Shown: positions 36,028 through 50,471 of the stretch, one piece after another
Position numbering within the stretch: the stretch's first letter is position 1
Layout: each line of letters starts with the position of its first letter
DNA from: Azolla caroliniana
Taxonomy: Eukaryota; Plantae; Polypodiophyta
Reading direction: 5' to 3'
NCBI GenBank assembly: GCA_043228905.1
Contig: JBHGNT010000010.1
Span: forward strand, 16,988,001-17,052,000
DNA length: 64,000 bases
Notes under the pieces: model-generated
Told to the model about the DNA's origin: nothing
Seen by the model: only the letters and a program-made list of their open reading frames with translations
The model's database searches: none
Program-made: the position numbers and the translations under genes

Positions 36028-36623
36028 CCTCGGTTTTCGGCACCGAGGGTTGCGCGGTTACGCTCATGGTTCGGTCGCACCGTCAGGAATTGGACCGAGT
36101 GGCGCCCATCCTGGCTCTTGACTCATGCATATGCCGAACTGTTGTCCAACACCTTTGTCTCCATGCGCGCCGCCATGATGTACGGTTCTCCAAGTATCAC
36201 CGGATGCGAGGACGTCTCCTGCACGAAGAAGTGTTGGTCGATCTCGACATCGCCGATTTTTACTCGTACATTCGGGCAGACTCCGTGCAGCTCCTCCATG
36301 GCGCGCGTTGTTGCCCGTATCTTCCACCCGTGCTTGGTGCTGATCGGCCACTTTCCCTTCTTGTAGAAATCCATGGACATCAAGTTGATCTCCGAACCAT
36401 GGTCTACCAACGCCACCACCGGCTCCTGGACGTCCCCGATCCGAACAGGGGTTTCCGTAGTGGCCCTAGCCCATTGTAGCCTCGAGTAGTGGCTTTCTGC
36501 CAATTCGTCCTCCAGGGCCATGTCTTCTAGGTGCGTCGTTCGCACCTCCACCGGCTTCTCCAGCTCCGGCTCCGTTGAAAGCCTTTTCTGCTTCACCAAG
36601 TCTACGATGGAGTCGTGGAACTC

Positions 36624-39600
36624 TGTAAACGATTACTTGCAGAAGCGTTAGAGAACAGAGAAAGTAGGGAATACACAGAGTACACGGGAGAGACGAAGAG
36701 AGCAAAACATGAAAGCTATATTCAAAAACCGATATAATTACTCTGTCATGTACAACTGTGTTCAGTAGCACTATTTATACAAGTCCTCACGGGACTGACA
36801 GAAGTACCGCGTACTTTAATGCTCACACGAGCTTCTAACACGTACTACGAGACTATAACTACCTAGTAGTCTAAACTAATACTAGGCTTCTAGTTACCGA
36901 TTGGATCCGGCTAACCGGCTCCCCAGCTCATCGGCTTTGTTGCTTGCCGACTTACTGATCCGTCTCGCTTGCCGGCTCAGGCTTATCTAGCCGATCTGGC
37001 TCCAGTTGAGCTTGCCGCTCAACACTCCCCCTCAAGCTCAACTTGAGGTTGGATCCTGGTGTCAGTCGGTTCTTCCAACCGACTTCTCCTGGCGTCGCTC
37101 CGCCTTGCTCGCGCTCCTCGTCCGGTCCGGTTCTGTTTGCCGCGAGCCCTCTTGTTCTGCGCTCCTCGACCTTCTCGGTCGGTATGTCTGCTCAATAGGC
37201 CCCTCTTAGCTCCTTCGCTGCTATGACTCCGACAGTTATCAATCCGTCGGTTTCTCCGCGATGGCATCGACTTCCACTGCATCCGTGTCTGCTTGGCCTT
37301 GAATTGATCCGGTTCTTCCGAATCTATCTGTTGAACCGAATCGACTATCTCCGATTCGTTCCAGCTCTTGTCCGAATCGGTTGCTCCTGATTCGTGTTCT
37401 GGTTCCAAGCCCTTCACCACATCAGACCATGTTCGGGTTTTGGCTTTCTTCCTTCGGTCGGCTCTGTCCCTCTTGACTCTGTCGCCTTCTGTTCTTCCCT
37501 CACCGACGCAATCAGCAGTCTGTTTGCCTTTGCCCGTTCCGGTGTCTTTGCTCGTTCTCCCCCTCAAGATCGGCACGTCGAGATGCTGAAAACCAAGCAT
37601 TTCGGTGAAGTGCTGCAACCTGTCCGAGCCGAGTGGTTTGGTGAAGATGTCCGCAACTTGCCGATCCGTGTCAACATACCGAAGTTCAACCTCACCGCTC
37701 AGGACACACTCACGCACGAAGTGATAATGCACTTTTATGTGCTTTGTGCGAGCATGAAATACGGGGTTCTTGGCGAGTTGCATCCTGCTTATGTTGTCGT
37801 AGTAGACCAGAATCAGGGTCAGTACCTTGATCCGTAGCGCCCCGATACTCAGCCTCAGTGCTCGACAAAGCAACTGTTGGCTGCTTTTTGCTACTCCACG
37901 CAACAGTTGCGCTCCCAAGGGAAAACATAAAACCGGAAGTGGATCTGCGATCCGACGCATCGCCGGCCCAGTCGACATCCGTGTAACCAACTAGCTCTTC
38001 GGTTATACCTCACCGGTATAACGGTCCCCGGTCCTTTGTGCCGCTTACATATCGCAGTATCCGTTGCACGCACTGAAGGTGCTACATGGTCGGCTTTTGC
38101 ATGAACTGACTTATCATACCGACCGGATAGCTGATGTCGGGTCGTGTGATAGTCAAGTAAATAAGGCTTCCAACAATTTTTCGGAACCGTTGCTCGTTGC
38201 AAGCCAGTCCGGAGTTGGGACGAAGCTTCTGGTTCCGGTCCAAGGGTGTGGATACAGGTCGGCATTCTGTCATGCCGAACTTGTACAACATATTCAAGAC
38301 GTAATGTCGTTGTGAGAGCAATATGCCGTCCGGGGTTCGGATCACCTCGATCCCTAGAAAATAATGAAGGTCCCCCAGATCCTTCATCTCAAATGCGTCT
38401 GACAACTGGGACTTGACGCGGTTGATTTCGGTCCGGTGATGAGGAGATTATCAACATACAATAGTATACATACCAGACCGGTTGAGCCTTGCCGAATGAA
38501 CAATGAAGAGTCCGATTTGGAGGCCACAAACCCCATCTTACGCAACCGGTGTGTGATCTTCGCATACCAAGTCCGAGGGGCTTGCTTCAGGCCGTACAAC
38601 GACTTCTTCAATCGGCATACCGCAGACTTGTTCATCTCCGATTGAAAACCGGGAGGCTGAGTCATAAAGACTTCTTCTTCAAGATCGCCTTGAAGAAATG
38701 CATTCTTCACATCCATCTGATGAAGATGCCACCCCCTTGCTGCAGCAACCGCCAGCACCACTCGAACCGTCGTCATCTTCTCTACAGGAGCGAAGGTCTC
38801 ATCGTAGTCGATTCCGTGGGTCTGCGCGTATCCCTTCGCCACTAAACGGGCTTTATACCGGTTAACAGAACCGTCGGCGTTGTACTTTACCTTGTATATC
38901 CACTTGCATCCGATCGGTTTACAGTGATGAGGAGGGTCAACCAGGTCCCATGTCTTGTTGACATCAAGTGCTCGCATTTCTTCCTCCATAGCGGCACGCC
39001 GATTTGCGTCCTTGGCCGCTTTTGCGTAGCTCTCCGGCTCACGCACTTCCGCCACCTTAGTCATGTACGCATAATGATGCGCGCCATGTACTCATTGTAC
39101 CCGTACCGCTTGACGGGATCCTTCGGGCGGGTGGACCGACATAACTCACCGTTACCCGGTTTGAGGCTCTTCTTGGCCGGTTTGGTCTCCATTGCTGAAG
39201 ATCCGCCTTTCTCCTTGCCGAAGTGGGATGCACACCGATCCGACTCATCGTTGCCGGTTTCGAATTCCGGCATCTTATTATTTCCCTTCTCTTTGCACAT
39301 GAGCCGTCTCCTCGGTTCCTTGCGCGGGGAGTGCACGATAGAGTCTCCACTACTCGCTGGTTCCTCATCAGACTAGTCAGATTGACTCAATCTCTCGTTC
39401 GGCCCGCTCAACCGGAACGATTCCGGACTCTCATCCTGAGTCCACGCTTCATCATCCTCTACCTGGGCCGGTTCAGGCTCACTAGCCTCATCCTCCAGCA
39501 TCAGGTCAAATTCGGAAGTCGGAGTCGGTAAGGAGTACCACGATGCCGATTCATCAAACTCGACATCTCGACTAACTCGGACCTGCCTTGTCTGGGGGTT

Positions 39601-42302
39601 ATAACACTTATAACCCTTTTGCTCTTGAGCATAACCGACTAGGATGCATTTTTCCGATTTTGCATCCAACTTCCTCTACTTCTCATCTAGTACATGCACA
39701 TATGCAATGCTACCGAAGATCTTAAGGTGTCTCAAATTCGGCTTCCGCCCGAAATACAACTCGTGAGCTGACACCTTGTCACCGATCCGTTTCTGGATGT
39801 AGACTACCGTTCGGACTGCCTCCACCCAATAGAATTTGGGCATGCTCTTCTCCTCTAGCATTGCCCTTGCCGCATCGATAAGCGACCGGTTCTTCCTCTT
39901 AGCAACACCGTTCTGTTGCGGTGTGTATCTGTAGCTGAACTCTCGCCGAATTCCTGTTTGTTGTAGATAATTGTTGAATTGGCCGGAAAAGTATTCTTTC
40001 CCGCCATCCAACCACAGGCATTTGATCTTACTCTCCGATTCCCGTTCCACCATGCTTTGGAGACTCCGGAAACACTCGAAGACTTCACTCTTATGCTCAA
40101 TGACGTAGATCCATGTGTGCCGCATGTAGTCGTCGATGAAGGAGACGAAGTATCGACTCCCGCCAAGACTAACATTCTGTGTCGGTCCCCACACATCCGA
40201 ATGGATAAGGTCGAGCTTGTTATGGCTCCGGTTACATTCGGTAGGGAATGGAAGCCGGTGTTGCTTCCCAAGTTGGCAGGCTTCACATACTTGGGCCTTC
40301 CGGCCGCTGAACTTCGGCAAACCGAAAACAACTTGTTTCGTTTGCAGGTCTTGAAGCCTCTGGTAATTGACATGGCCTATCCGCTTGTGCCACAGGTCGA
40401 TGTTCGATTCGACCTTCTGTTCTTCTGGGAACATAGCGGTGCCAACGTCATTGGTGTCGAGGATAAACGGGGGATAAACATCCTCCCATCTCTGCACCCT
40501 TGCGCAATAATCTGACCCTCTTCCTCGATGAAGCACCTAAGTTGCGTAAACCGCACCTGCATCCCCTGGTCGACGATCTGTCCGACCGACACCAAGTTCT
40601 TCGTGATTGTTGGAACATGTAATATGTTCATCAGCTTCCCCTTCTGTCCGATGTGGCTCAAAGGGACTTCTCTAACATGCACAATTGGGTGAGGAGTGTC
40701 GTCTCTGGTTTCGACTACTCCTGGTTGATCCGGTTTCTCCAAAAAGGAGAACCACTCTTTGTGGCTCGTCATGTGGTTTGACGCACCAGAATCAACATAC
40801 CACACTTCCTCCGATTTGGAAGTGGTCTTCTTCATCGAGTTCGCCTCGTGCTTCATTACCAAGGCTGGTCCGTTACCGTTCTTGGATCCTCCTGATCCCT
40901 TCGCGTAGTGCGAGCTTTGCCGGCCATCCTTGCTAGCCTTGCCGGATCCGGATTTGTCCGAATCAGCTCGTTTTCTCCAGCACTCGCTTTCTCTGTGGCC
41001 CTTTTTGCCATAGTACCAACATTCCGTTGTTGACTTCTCTTGTCGTCTTCCGGTGTCGCCATGACTCCCCCTGCCTGTGGGAGTCCCGGAACTGTTGTCT
41101 GCATGTTCTCTGTGCCATCGTTCTTGCTCTTGCCGGCTGCCTCCATTGCGTGCCGACCCGCCTCGTCCACCACGCCCACGGGACCGATTTGCCTCCGTGT
41201 ACAGCATCCGGTTGTCAGTGGATGCGCTAGTTGACGCACCGGCGTGGTTCTCCTCTACAAGGAGCATCGACTGTAAGTCGAAAAATGACGCACCGTTCGG
41301 AACACTCTGAACTTAGATGCCAGGCCCTCAAGACAGACCTGTACCATCTCGTCTTCCTCTACGGTAACGTTGATAGAGGCAAGGGAGTCACAGATCTCTT
41401 TAATCTGGGCCGTGTAATCCACCACTAACATGTCCTTCTGTCGAACATTGCTCAACTCCTGTCGGACATTGCTCAACTCCTGTCAGAGTTGCAGCTTCTG
41501 GGCTGTAGTGCTCGCGGCGAAAACCTTCTTCAGGTTCCCCCAAACCTCCTTCGACGTCTTGGCGTCTCGGATGTGGCTCAGCAACTGGTCTCCGACACTG
41601 GATGCGAAGCAGTACATCACTCTACTTGTCGATTGTTCCCACACTGGGAAGTCCTTATGTGCCGCATCAGGTGTTGTTTCGTTGGCTCCTTCAAAGAAAC
41701 TCCAGTAGCCATGCCCTAGCAGGTACTGGTGCAACTTATACAACCAAGATGCATAGTTGGATCTGTCGAGTTTCTCCACAGGGAGCGAGCTAGCCATCCC
41801 TCTATCCATCACTTCTCTGTCTGTTGTTTTACGACCTGTTAGGGTTTACTTTCAAGCGTTTGTCGGCTGCAGAGGTTCTCAACCCTTGCGCTCTGATACC
41901 ATGTAAATGATTACTTGCGGAAGCGTTAGAGAATAGAGAAAGTAGGTAATACACAGAGTACACAGGAGAGACAGAGAGAGCAAAACGTGAAAGCTATATT
42001 CAAAAACCGATATAATTACTCTGTCATGTACAACTGTGCTCAATAGCACTATTTATACAAGTCCTCACGGGACTGACAGAAGTACCGCGTACTTCAATGC
42101 TCACATGAGCTTCTGACACTTACTACGAGACTATAACTACCTAGTAGTCTAAACTAATACTAGGCTTTCGGTTACCGATTGGATCCGGCTAACCGGCTCC
42201 CTAGTTCACCGGCTCTGTTGCTTGCCGGCTTACCGATCCGTCTTGCTTGCCGGCTCAGGCTTATCCAGCCAATCCGGCTCCAGTTGAGCTTGCCGCTCAA
42301 CA
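36624..42302 (-). mobile_element. Full-length decayed Copia C2 inserted in G1
   Basis: 401-bp LTRs at 36624-37024 and 41902-42302 (roughly two dozen mismatches). TSD AACTC, PBS-iMet 41901-41890, PPT AGGGGGAG. Frameshifted gag/PR/INT/RT/RH. Confidence 0.95.
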
Positions 42303-44546
42303 AACTCCTTCTTGGCGATATCGAGCACTTCCCTCAGCGACAAATCCACTTTGTTGTCGAGGATCCGTTCCTCCAGGACCTTTCGTAGGTCCGTGGTCCT
42401 TTCGATCTCCGTGCTCAATCGATAACCGGCCTTCTTGGCCTTGTCCAATGCGCCGGATGCACCGACATCACTCTGCTTCGCCCCGAACCGGGTCTCATAC
42501 CGTTGTGAGGGTCCCGCCCCCCCGGTCTTTCCCGCTCACTTGTCTTCCACTAGAACCTCGTAATTCTGGCACGCGGCTTCCACGAAGCCCGTCTTCTCCT
42601 CGACCGGGTCACTCCACCCGGTTACCTCCCGGACCTGTCTTTCCGCGCGGTTCGCTTCCTCGTTCTTCAGCCTTATGCCGACGAGGCCTTCCAGCATCAC
42701 CGGCCAGACTCCGGCTTCTTTCGTCTTCCGGTCTTCATCACTTTTGACCCGGATTCTAACCGACGCCGAGTAGTGGACGGTCTCCGCATCACGAGCCGCC
42801 GCTTCTTCCATCAACCGTTTCATACCCCCTCGTCTGACATTCAGACCCAGGGCCCTCCGGGTCTCGCTAGCGTGCACCCGACCGTTCCATAGGTACACCA
42901 CGTTAGCTCTTATCGCTTTGGCGAAGTCCCCGCAGTCCTTTCGGGCGTGGCCGACCGCGTCGCACCACAAGCACCAGCTCCCAGCCGGAGGCCTTTGGTC
43001 ACGGATTTGTTCGCCGCCATCCCTCCGTGCTTGCGCGATCTAGAGGTCCCTCACCATCTGAGTCACCTCCTCTAGAGCCACTCTTCCGGACGAGCTTTTG
43101 ACCACGCCGGTCAAAGTCGAGCCAGTCTCGAGCCAGTCTCGACTCTCTTCCCTTTGCGCTAGTGGACGTACCTCGACCTTCCTTGTCGCAATAGAACCCG
43201 CCCCTGTCAAGCCTTTATCGACCCACTCACGCCGTTTGTCAAAACGGCCGCAGACTCTCTTTACCACGGCCCAGTCGGTTGTTAGGCCGTCATCGGTCTC
43301 GAGTAGGAAGCCCACTTGCTCCCGGCCCCTTGCGTCCACCGATTTAACGAACAATAGGACACGACTCGTGTCCAGCACGGTCCGGTCCAGCTCCGAAAGT
43401 TGTGCGAAGCGTTCTTCAAACTCCCGAAGGAGCACTGACGCGTTCCTCCCCTTTTCGGGGGTCTCCACCCATTCCATGAAGTCCCGCTTCGACAGCCGAA
43501 GCGCATCATCAAGCCCGTATTTTTCAAGGAGCCCACCTTCAAACTCTTCCCAGGTCCGACTCTTAGCTCGTACCTCAAGCACCTCCGCGTGGATGCTTGG
43601 CATCGCCACCCGAGGGAATCCGGCCAGTCGCCTGTCCTCCGAGATGTCCCTCATCACCATTTCGGCTCGGTAGGCCTCCAAATAGCTCGTGGCGTCCTTC
43701 CCACTGAACCGGCCTATTGTGCCAACGACCACTTCAATAGCCCTATCGAGGGCGCATGTACCTTCACGCGCACTCACTAGCCGATCCACAGCCGAAGCCA
43801 TGGCTTCTGCAAGATCCGACCCTCTCATCTTTCTATTCCTCTGCCGCCTGTTCACATCGGGTTCACCAAATATGTCACGTTGTTACGCGCGTGCGTGGAG
43901 AACGAGGCGGGACCACCGAGGCCTCGGACCGAGAAATAACCGAATGAAGGGAGGGGAAGGACTCTTACGATGTAATTCACACACACACAGACCCACAAAA
44001 TCACAGGAATTGCAATTAGCTACAGAACGCCAGATGGAGATAGAACGAATGTTTATGTATATATATATATAAATCAAGGTGTTACAACTGGCAAGCCGAC
44101 GAGTGATGGGCTCCGACGCCTACGCACACACACACAGAACGCGAGATGGAGGCTCTGCCGGGAGCACTCGGGCGTCCCGCGGAACAAAGTCCGCCTCCCG
44201 AAAACCTGCACAGAACGATTATAGAGACGACAAAGGAGAGGGAAAGCGCTCGGTTCCAGTCCGGTAGCACTTCGTCCTCCACAAAACGCGATCTATTTCC
44301 CTCACTTCTCCCTCTCTTTTATAACCCAAGGAGGGAGGCCGTTACCACTTGTTACATCATGTTTATTCCCTGTCCTTTCAGACAGGGATAGCCCTCGATT
44401 TTCGCCCTACCGAACGCGTACAGGATTTCGCCTCAGGCGACTTGTACCTACCTACGTACTACACAACAAAACTTGTGCCCACGTGTAAGGGCCGGTTTAC
44501 GCACGTTATACTCGGTTTCCGCCTAGGGACGGTTTTCTCCACGACA

Positions 44547-45424
44547 ACGTGAATTCATCGGAGAAGTACTCCTTGCCTCCATCCGATCGTAGGCATCGAA
44601 TGTGTCAACCGGTTCCTTTTTCGACTTGGCCCTTGAGCTTTAGGAAGTGGGAGAACACTTCACTCTTCTTCTTCATCGGGAAGATCCACGTGTAGAGCGA
44701 GTAGTCGTCAATGAAGTTGACATAGAATCAGCATCCGCCGATCGTCGGCGTTTGAGCTGGTCCCCATACATCCGAGTGTATGATGTCGAGGAGGCCTTTG
44801 CTCACGTGGCTCTCCTTCGGGAATGGGAGTCAATGTTGTTTGCCGAGTTGACATGCTTTGCATACTCGGTCGACTCGAATGTCAGAAGTCCGATGACGAC
44901 TCCCTTTGATTGCATAGCTTGGAGCCGTTGGAGGTTTATGTGGCTGATTCTCTTGTGCCACAACTTGATGCTTGTCTCGGTTTTGAGACCTTTAGCGTAC
45001 ATTGCCGATTTCACCTTGTTCGAATCGAGGATGAACATTCGACCATCTCTCCGCCCCTTAGCTATGAGTCGGCCATCTTTCTCGATGAAGCATCCTTCGT
45101 TGTTGAAGCGGACTTGCATTCCTTGCTCCACGATTTGGCTGACGGAGACCAAATTCTTCGTTATTGTGGGCAGATGCAATATATTCTTGATGCAAGTTTG
45201 CTCGCCTTCTTTCCCGAATGGGACATTGCCGATGTGCCGAATGGGATTTGTGGTGTCGTCTCCCGTCTCTATGAAGCCGGGTCGGTCCAGTGTACGCAAG
45301 TCATTGAACCACTCTTTGTGGGATGCCATGTGATGGGAGGCGCCGGAATCGACGAACCACATGTCTTCCAAATTGGTGGTGCTTGCAGAGACGAAGGCAG
45401 ACATAGAGTTCACTTTATGCCTCA
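44547..45424 (-). mobile_element. Copia C3 upstream fragment (protease, GAG-pre-integrase, start of integrase)
   Basis: ORF 44802-45425 has WFVDSGASHHM and LWHKR. SDGGKEYFSDEF continues at 22896. Confidence 0.8.
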
Positions 45425-47050
45425 TTACGAATAGTCCGCCGTAGTCGTCGTATTTGGAGTTCGTTGTGTAATCGGGCTTACTTCAAACATGCACATGAGC
45501 CGATCTTCGGCTTCTATCTCTATTTCGGCATATTCCGAGTCGAGCAGAATCGGAGTCGAAGTTGTCTCTGGTGCGTACCAGGATGCGGACTTGTCGAAAA
45601 CAACATCTTGACTTACTCGAGCGTTTCGAGTTGAGGGGTTATAGGACTTGCACCCCTTTTTCTCCAGTGAGTATCCTACGAGGATACATTTCTCCGATTT
45701 CGGGTCGAGCTTTTGTCGTTTCTCGTCGGGGATGTGCACGTATGCAATGGAGCCGAATATCCGAACATCTGATAGGTTCGACTTCATTCCAAAAAACTTC
45801 TCGTGTGGATTAAGTTCGTGCACACCCGATGTTGTACACTGATTCATGAGGTATACGGCCGTGGTAGCCGCTTCTGCCCAATACGATTCCAGTAGATTCT
45901 TCTCGTTCATCATTGCTCGTGCAACCTCTACTATGTGCCGATTCTTTTGTTCGGCTACACCGTTTTGCTGAGGTGTGTGTCGGCACTAGAATTCTCATCG
46001 GATTCCTACCTTTCGGAGATACGTCGTTAACTCATCCAAGAAATATTCCTTGCCTCCATCTGATCAAAGGCATTGTATGTGTCAGCCGGTGGCTTTCTCA
46101 ACTTCATTCTTAAATTTTTGGAAGTGTTTGAACACTTCGCTCTTTTGTCGCATGGGTTACATCCAGGTGTGCCTGAAGAAGTCATCAATGAAGGCCACGT
46201 AGTATCAACATCCGCCGAATGTGGTTGTTTGAGCCAATCCCCATACATCGGAATGAATTATGTTAACACTTTGCTCACGTTCCTATCCTTCGGAAATGGG
46301 TGCCGATGTTGCTTGCCGAATTGGCAAGCGGCACACACGCCTTCAATCTCTTTCTCCTTCAATGTCGAGCCCGATGGCGACTCCTGTCGATTGCATTGCC
46401 TTGAGCTTTTGGAGGTTGATATGGCCAATCCGCTTGTGCCATAACTCTATGTCGGAATCAACTTTCGTGCCCTTTGTGAACATGGCCGATTTTAGCTTGT
46501 GTGAGTCAAGAATGAATATTCGGCCCTCTGTTCGTCCGCAAGCGATGAGTCGGCCCTCTTTTTCGATGAAGTAACCGCCTTGATTAAATCGTACTTGCAT
46601 CCCTTGCTCAACAATTTGGCCGACGGAGACCAAATTCTTCGTAATGGTTGGTACATGCAAGACATTCTTAATAAAAGTTTGGTTACCTTCTTTGCCGAAT
46701 GGGACATTGCCGATGTGTCGAATCGGATGCGTAGTGTCGTCTCCGGTTTCGACATAGCTGGGTCATTCCGGCTCTCGAAGTTCTCAAAACCATTCTTGAT
46801 GAGACGTCATATGGTTCGAGGAACCGGAGTCGACGAACCATACGTCTTCCAGACTAGATGTGCTATTCAAAGTAGAAGCCAACATAGAATTTACTCTATG
46901 TCTTGTGACAAACATTCTGCCATGATCATCATAGTCAGAGTTGGTGGCCTAATTGGTGAGTTGTCGGCTTGTGGAAACTGACTCGCACATCTTCTTACGA
47001 CACTCTTCTTCGTGGTGACCGATTTTTTCGCAATATCCGCATTCAACCGA
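45425..47050 (-). mobile_element. Additional internally deleted Copia fragment related to C1/C3
   Basis: Second copy of the PR, pre-integrase and integrase motifs (ORFs 46343-46660 and 45425-45913). No LTRs assigned. Confidence 0.7.
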
Positions 47051-47452
47051 GTTTCAAAGAATACTTTCAAATATATATCTATCACTTTCAAAGAATACTT
47101 TAAAACATGGAATTTGACCCCTTCAACTCCCTATCCCATAGATGATAGCACCCACAACAAAATGGGGAAGCTAAGAGAAAGAATAAGACTCTTATATGTT
47201 CATCTAGACCATGATCACAATGACATTACTCCAAGGGTCATATCTGGGAGAGCCGGTGTCTATACATCATGTTGTCTTCAAAATTGCTCATTAAGAGCAA
47301 GCATAACATATCAAAGTTAGTGTAAATTGGTAGACATACATAAAGCCTAATTTAAGTCGCTTAAGTAAAGTTGGCTCCATTTTATATGCTAACGTGCCAC
47401 ATGTGAAGAAAGGTAACGAAATGAGGAGCAAGAGTGGTTGAGATGCAGCGGA

Positions 47453-47484
<32 letters not shown>

Positions 47485-47493
47485 ACGTAAGAC

Positions 47494-47548
<55 letters not shown>

Positions 47549-50023
47549 ATACAGAGATAAAAGATTGTATGTTACATTAACCAAAATACTTCCAACAATA
47601 ACTAAGTTACAAGGGGTTGGTTTAAATACCAACTAAGCTAGGGTAAGTGCCCTTTCTACTATTTACAAAACTAGTCTGGTATGTGCATGAGCTAGTGTGA
47701 AACCTATTACTATGGGAAGTTGAGTTCGACTCTCAACATGCCCCTTCGAACACAACTTCCATCTGTCAAAAGGTTGTTTCGGTTCGGTCTTCGGAATCCA
47801 GCTTCCGGCGTTCGTAATCCTCGAACTTGATTGGTCAGTTTTTCGGCTTCGTGCTCGGTCAATTGCGTGCAGTGCGCATGTCACCTGCAGTACTCCCCCT
47901 CAAGCTCGACAATGTGGATGTCGTGAGACCAAGGTCCGATGCGAATTGCCTGAGCTTGTCGACTCCTAAGGCCTTCGTAAAAATATCAGCAATTTGGAGG
48001 TGCGTATTGATATGTTGTAGATCGATTTCTCCGGCCTGTATGCACTCGCGGATGAAGTGGTAGTGCACTTCAATGTGTTTAGTCCACGCGTGAAAGACGG
48101 GGTTTCGAGCGAGGTAGATGATGTTCATGTTCTCGCAGAAGAGGCGAATTGGATCTGTAATGGGAACACCCAGATCCTTCAGTATGCGCTTGAGCCATAC
48201 GGCTTCGCATGCGGCGACTGTTGCGCCCATATATTGGGCTTCTGTGCTCGACAATGCGATTGTCGATTGTTTCTTACTGCTCTAGGAGATCGCTCCGCTG
48301 CCGAGGGAGAAGAATAATACGGATGTGGATCGTCTATCCGCTTGGTAGCCTGCCCAGTCCACGTCTGTGTATCCTTCGAGTCGAATGGTCATATTTTACT
48401 TATTCATAATGTCATAATCCATCGTAGTACTGACATACCGGAGTATCCTCTTAGTGCAATCGAGATGAAGGTTTCGCGGATTCTGCATTAATTGGCTAAG
48501 TAGGCCGATCGAGTAACTGAGATCGGGTCATGTAACGATGAGATAGATTAAGCTGCCGATTAGTTGACGATACTGAGTTGACTCGCACATGGCTGTGCTA
48601 GAATCGTCATCCATCTTGAGATTACGATCGAGAGGGGTGGACACAGGTTTGCATTCGATCATTTCGAACTTTTAGAGCAAGTTGAGAACGTAGTGCCATT
48701 GAGAGAAGATTATTCTAACTGGTGTTCGAATTACTTCAATGCCTACGAAGTAATGGAGCTTGTGCAGGTCTTTCATTTCGAATCTGCCGGAGAGAAGTGA
48801 TTTGACTTTGTTAATCTCAGCAAGATCCTTTCCTCCGATGACCAAATCATCCACGTAAAGGATGATGACAATCGGGCTATCCGACTCGTTTCAGATGTAC
48901 AGGGAAGTATCGGATTTTGACATTCAAAATCCGATCTGATGAAGATACTGTGTGATCTTCGAGTGCCATGCACGTGGTGCTTGTTTGAGGCCGTAGAGAG
49001 GCTTCTTGAGTCGGCACACGACGTTCGGATGATTGCGTGATTCAAAACCGGGTGGTTGGATCATGTACACCTCCTCTTCCAATTCACCTTGAAGAAAGGC
49101 GTTCTTAACGTCCATTTGGTGGAGGTGCCACCCTTTTGTTGCCGCGATTGCAATTACGGTCCGCACAATTGTCATCTTTGCCACCAGGGCAAAGGTCTCT
49201 TCGTAGTCTACGATGTGCATTTGCGTGTATCCTTTCGCAACAAGCCGTGCTTTAAAGTGATTTACAGAGCCGTCAGCATTGTGTTTCACTTTGTAAATCC
49301 ATCGACAACCAATCGCTTTCTTCTGCGGCATGTGAGGGACGAGATCCCATGTCTCGTTTTTGCATAACGCTTCCATTTCCTCATGCATCGCGTCGACCCA
49401 TCACAGATCCTTTACGGCTTTGGAAAGCATCTCTGGCTCCCGTACTGACGCTACCTTCATCATGAAGGCGTAATGGTACGCCATATAATCGTTGTGGCTG
49501 AAGCGGCTTACGGGATTCTTTTCACTGGTCGATCGGCGGAGCTTCTCATTTGTTGATACTAAGGCTTTCTTCGCTCCATCTGTCCGGATGATAGGGATGT
49601 CCAAGCCTTCGAACTCACTGTCAAGGGAGTGAATTGACGCGTTGTTGATTGGATCTTCGTATTCAGACATGTTGGCCTTCCCTTTGTCGAGTTTCAGACT
49701 TGGTCGAAATGTGCTTTGGTCACTCGGGGGCTCCCGTGGTCCACTAAGCCGTGTCGTAATCGGGTTTGCTTCAAACATGTGTGTGAGCCGTAAACTCATC
49801 CGAAAAATATTATTTGCCTCCATCCAATCGAAGGCAACGTACATGCCGATCCGTAGCTTTTTCAACTTCAGCTTTGAATCTCTAGAAGTATCCGAACACT
49901 TCGCTCTTTTGTTTCATCAGGTAGATCTAGGTGTTCTTGGAGAAGTCATTGATGAACGTAATGTAATATCGGCATCCCCTGAGTGTGCTTGTTTCGGCCA
50001 GTCCCCATACATCTGAATGTACG

Positions 50024-50341
50024 AGTTGAGAGATCAAGCTCAACTTAGTTTAGTTAGTTAGTCAACCATGTAACTTTGTAGTTACCTAGAGAGAATCTAG
50101 TTAGAAGTGTTGACTATAAGGCCTTAAATATGACCTTGTACTTAAGTGGGATATTCTAGATACTCCACTCCTAAGTACATTTAATATAGGATTTACACCT
50201 TAGTACCTATATTATACTCACACATGTGAACCTTTGCACATAAGATGTATATATACCTCATTGTGGGTATTTTTGTATTTGATGATGATAATGCTAATTT
50301 AATATAGTTACTCATCCCCCATCTTGTGTTGTTCATAAGTG

Positions 50342-50379
<38 letters not shown>

Positions 50380-50471
50380 TCTCACACACATATCGCATAA
50401 TCTTCCGCTCAACTAATCACATAATTAGGTACTAATTAACCCTTGCTTAATTACTTACCTAATTCTTAACA
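50024..50471 (+). mobile_element. Probable old solo LTR inserted in the C1 integrase
   Basis: AT-rich block splitting the host LDVV|HSDVWG. Flanks GTACG and GTACA, ends AGTTGA...TTAACA, contains TATA-like and (CT)n tracts. Confidence 0.6.

Larger units (their letters stand above)
22897..44546 (-). mobile_element. Older Ty3/Gypsy G1 (Trp PBS), decayed, hosting three insertions
   Basis: 674-bp LTRs at 22897-23570 and 43873-44546. TSD ACGT, PBS 43868-43851, PPT next to 23571. Fragmented gag (43040-43855, 42536-42970), PR (36123-36599), RT/RH (33937-35619) and INT (23530-26450). Confidence 0.93.

Noticed and set aside
37019-37990. 323-aa ORF as an extra or env-like gene in C2
   Set aside because: The first part is frameshifted RNase H and the rest is low-complexity read-through to the PPT, with no transmembrane or known domain evident.
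47406-47412. TSD pairing the C1 LTRs
   Set aside because: The flanks (AAGAAA at 47406-47411 versus AAGAG at 57764-57768) match only imperfectly and the LTR terminus is altered, so no TSD is claimed.
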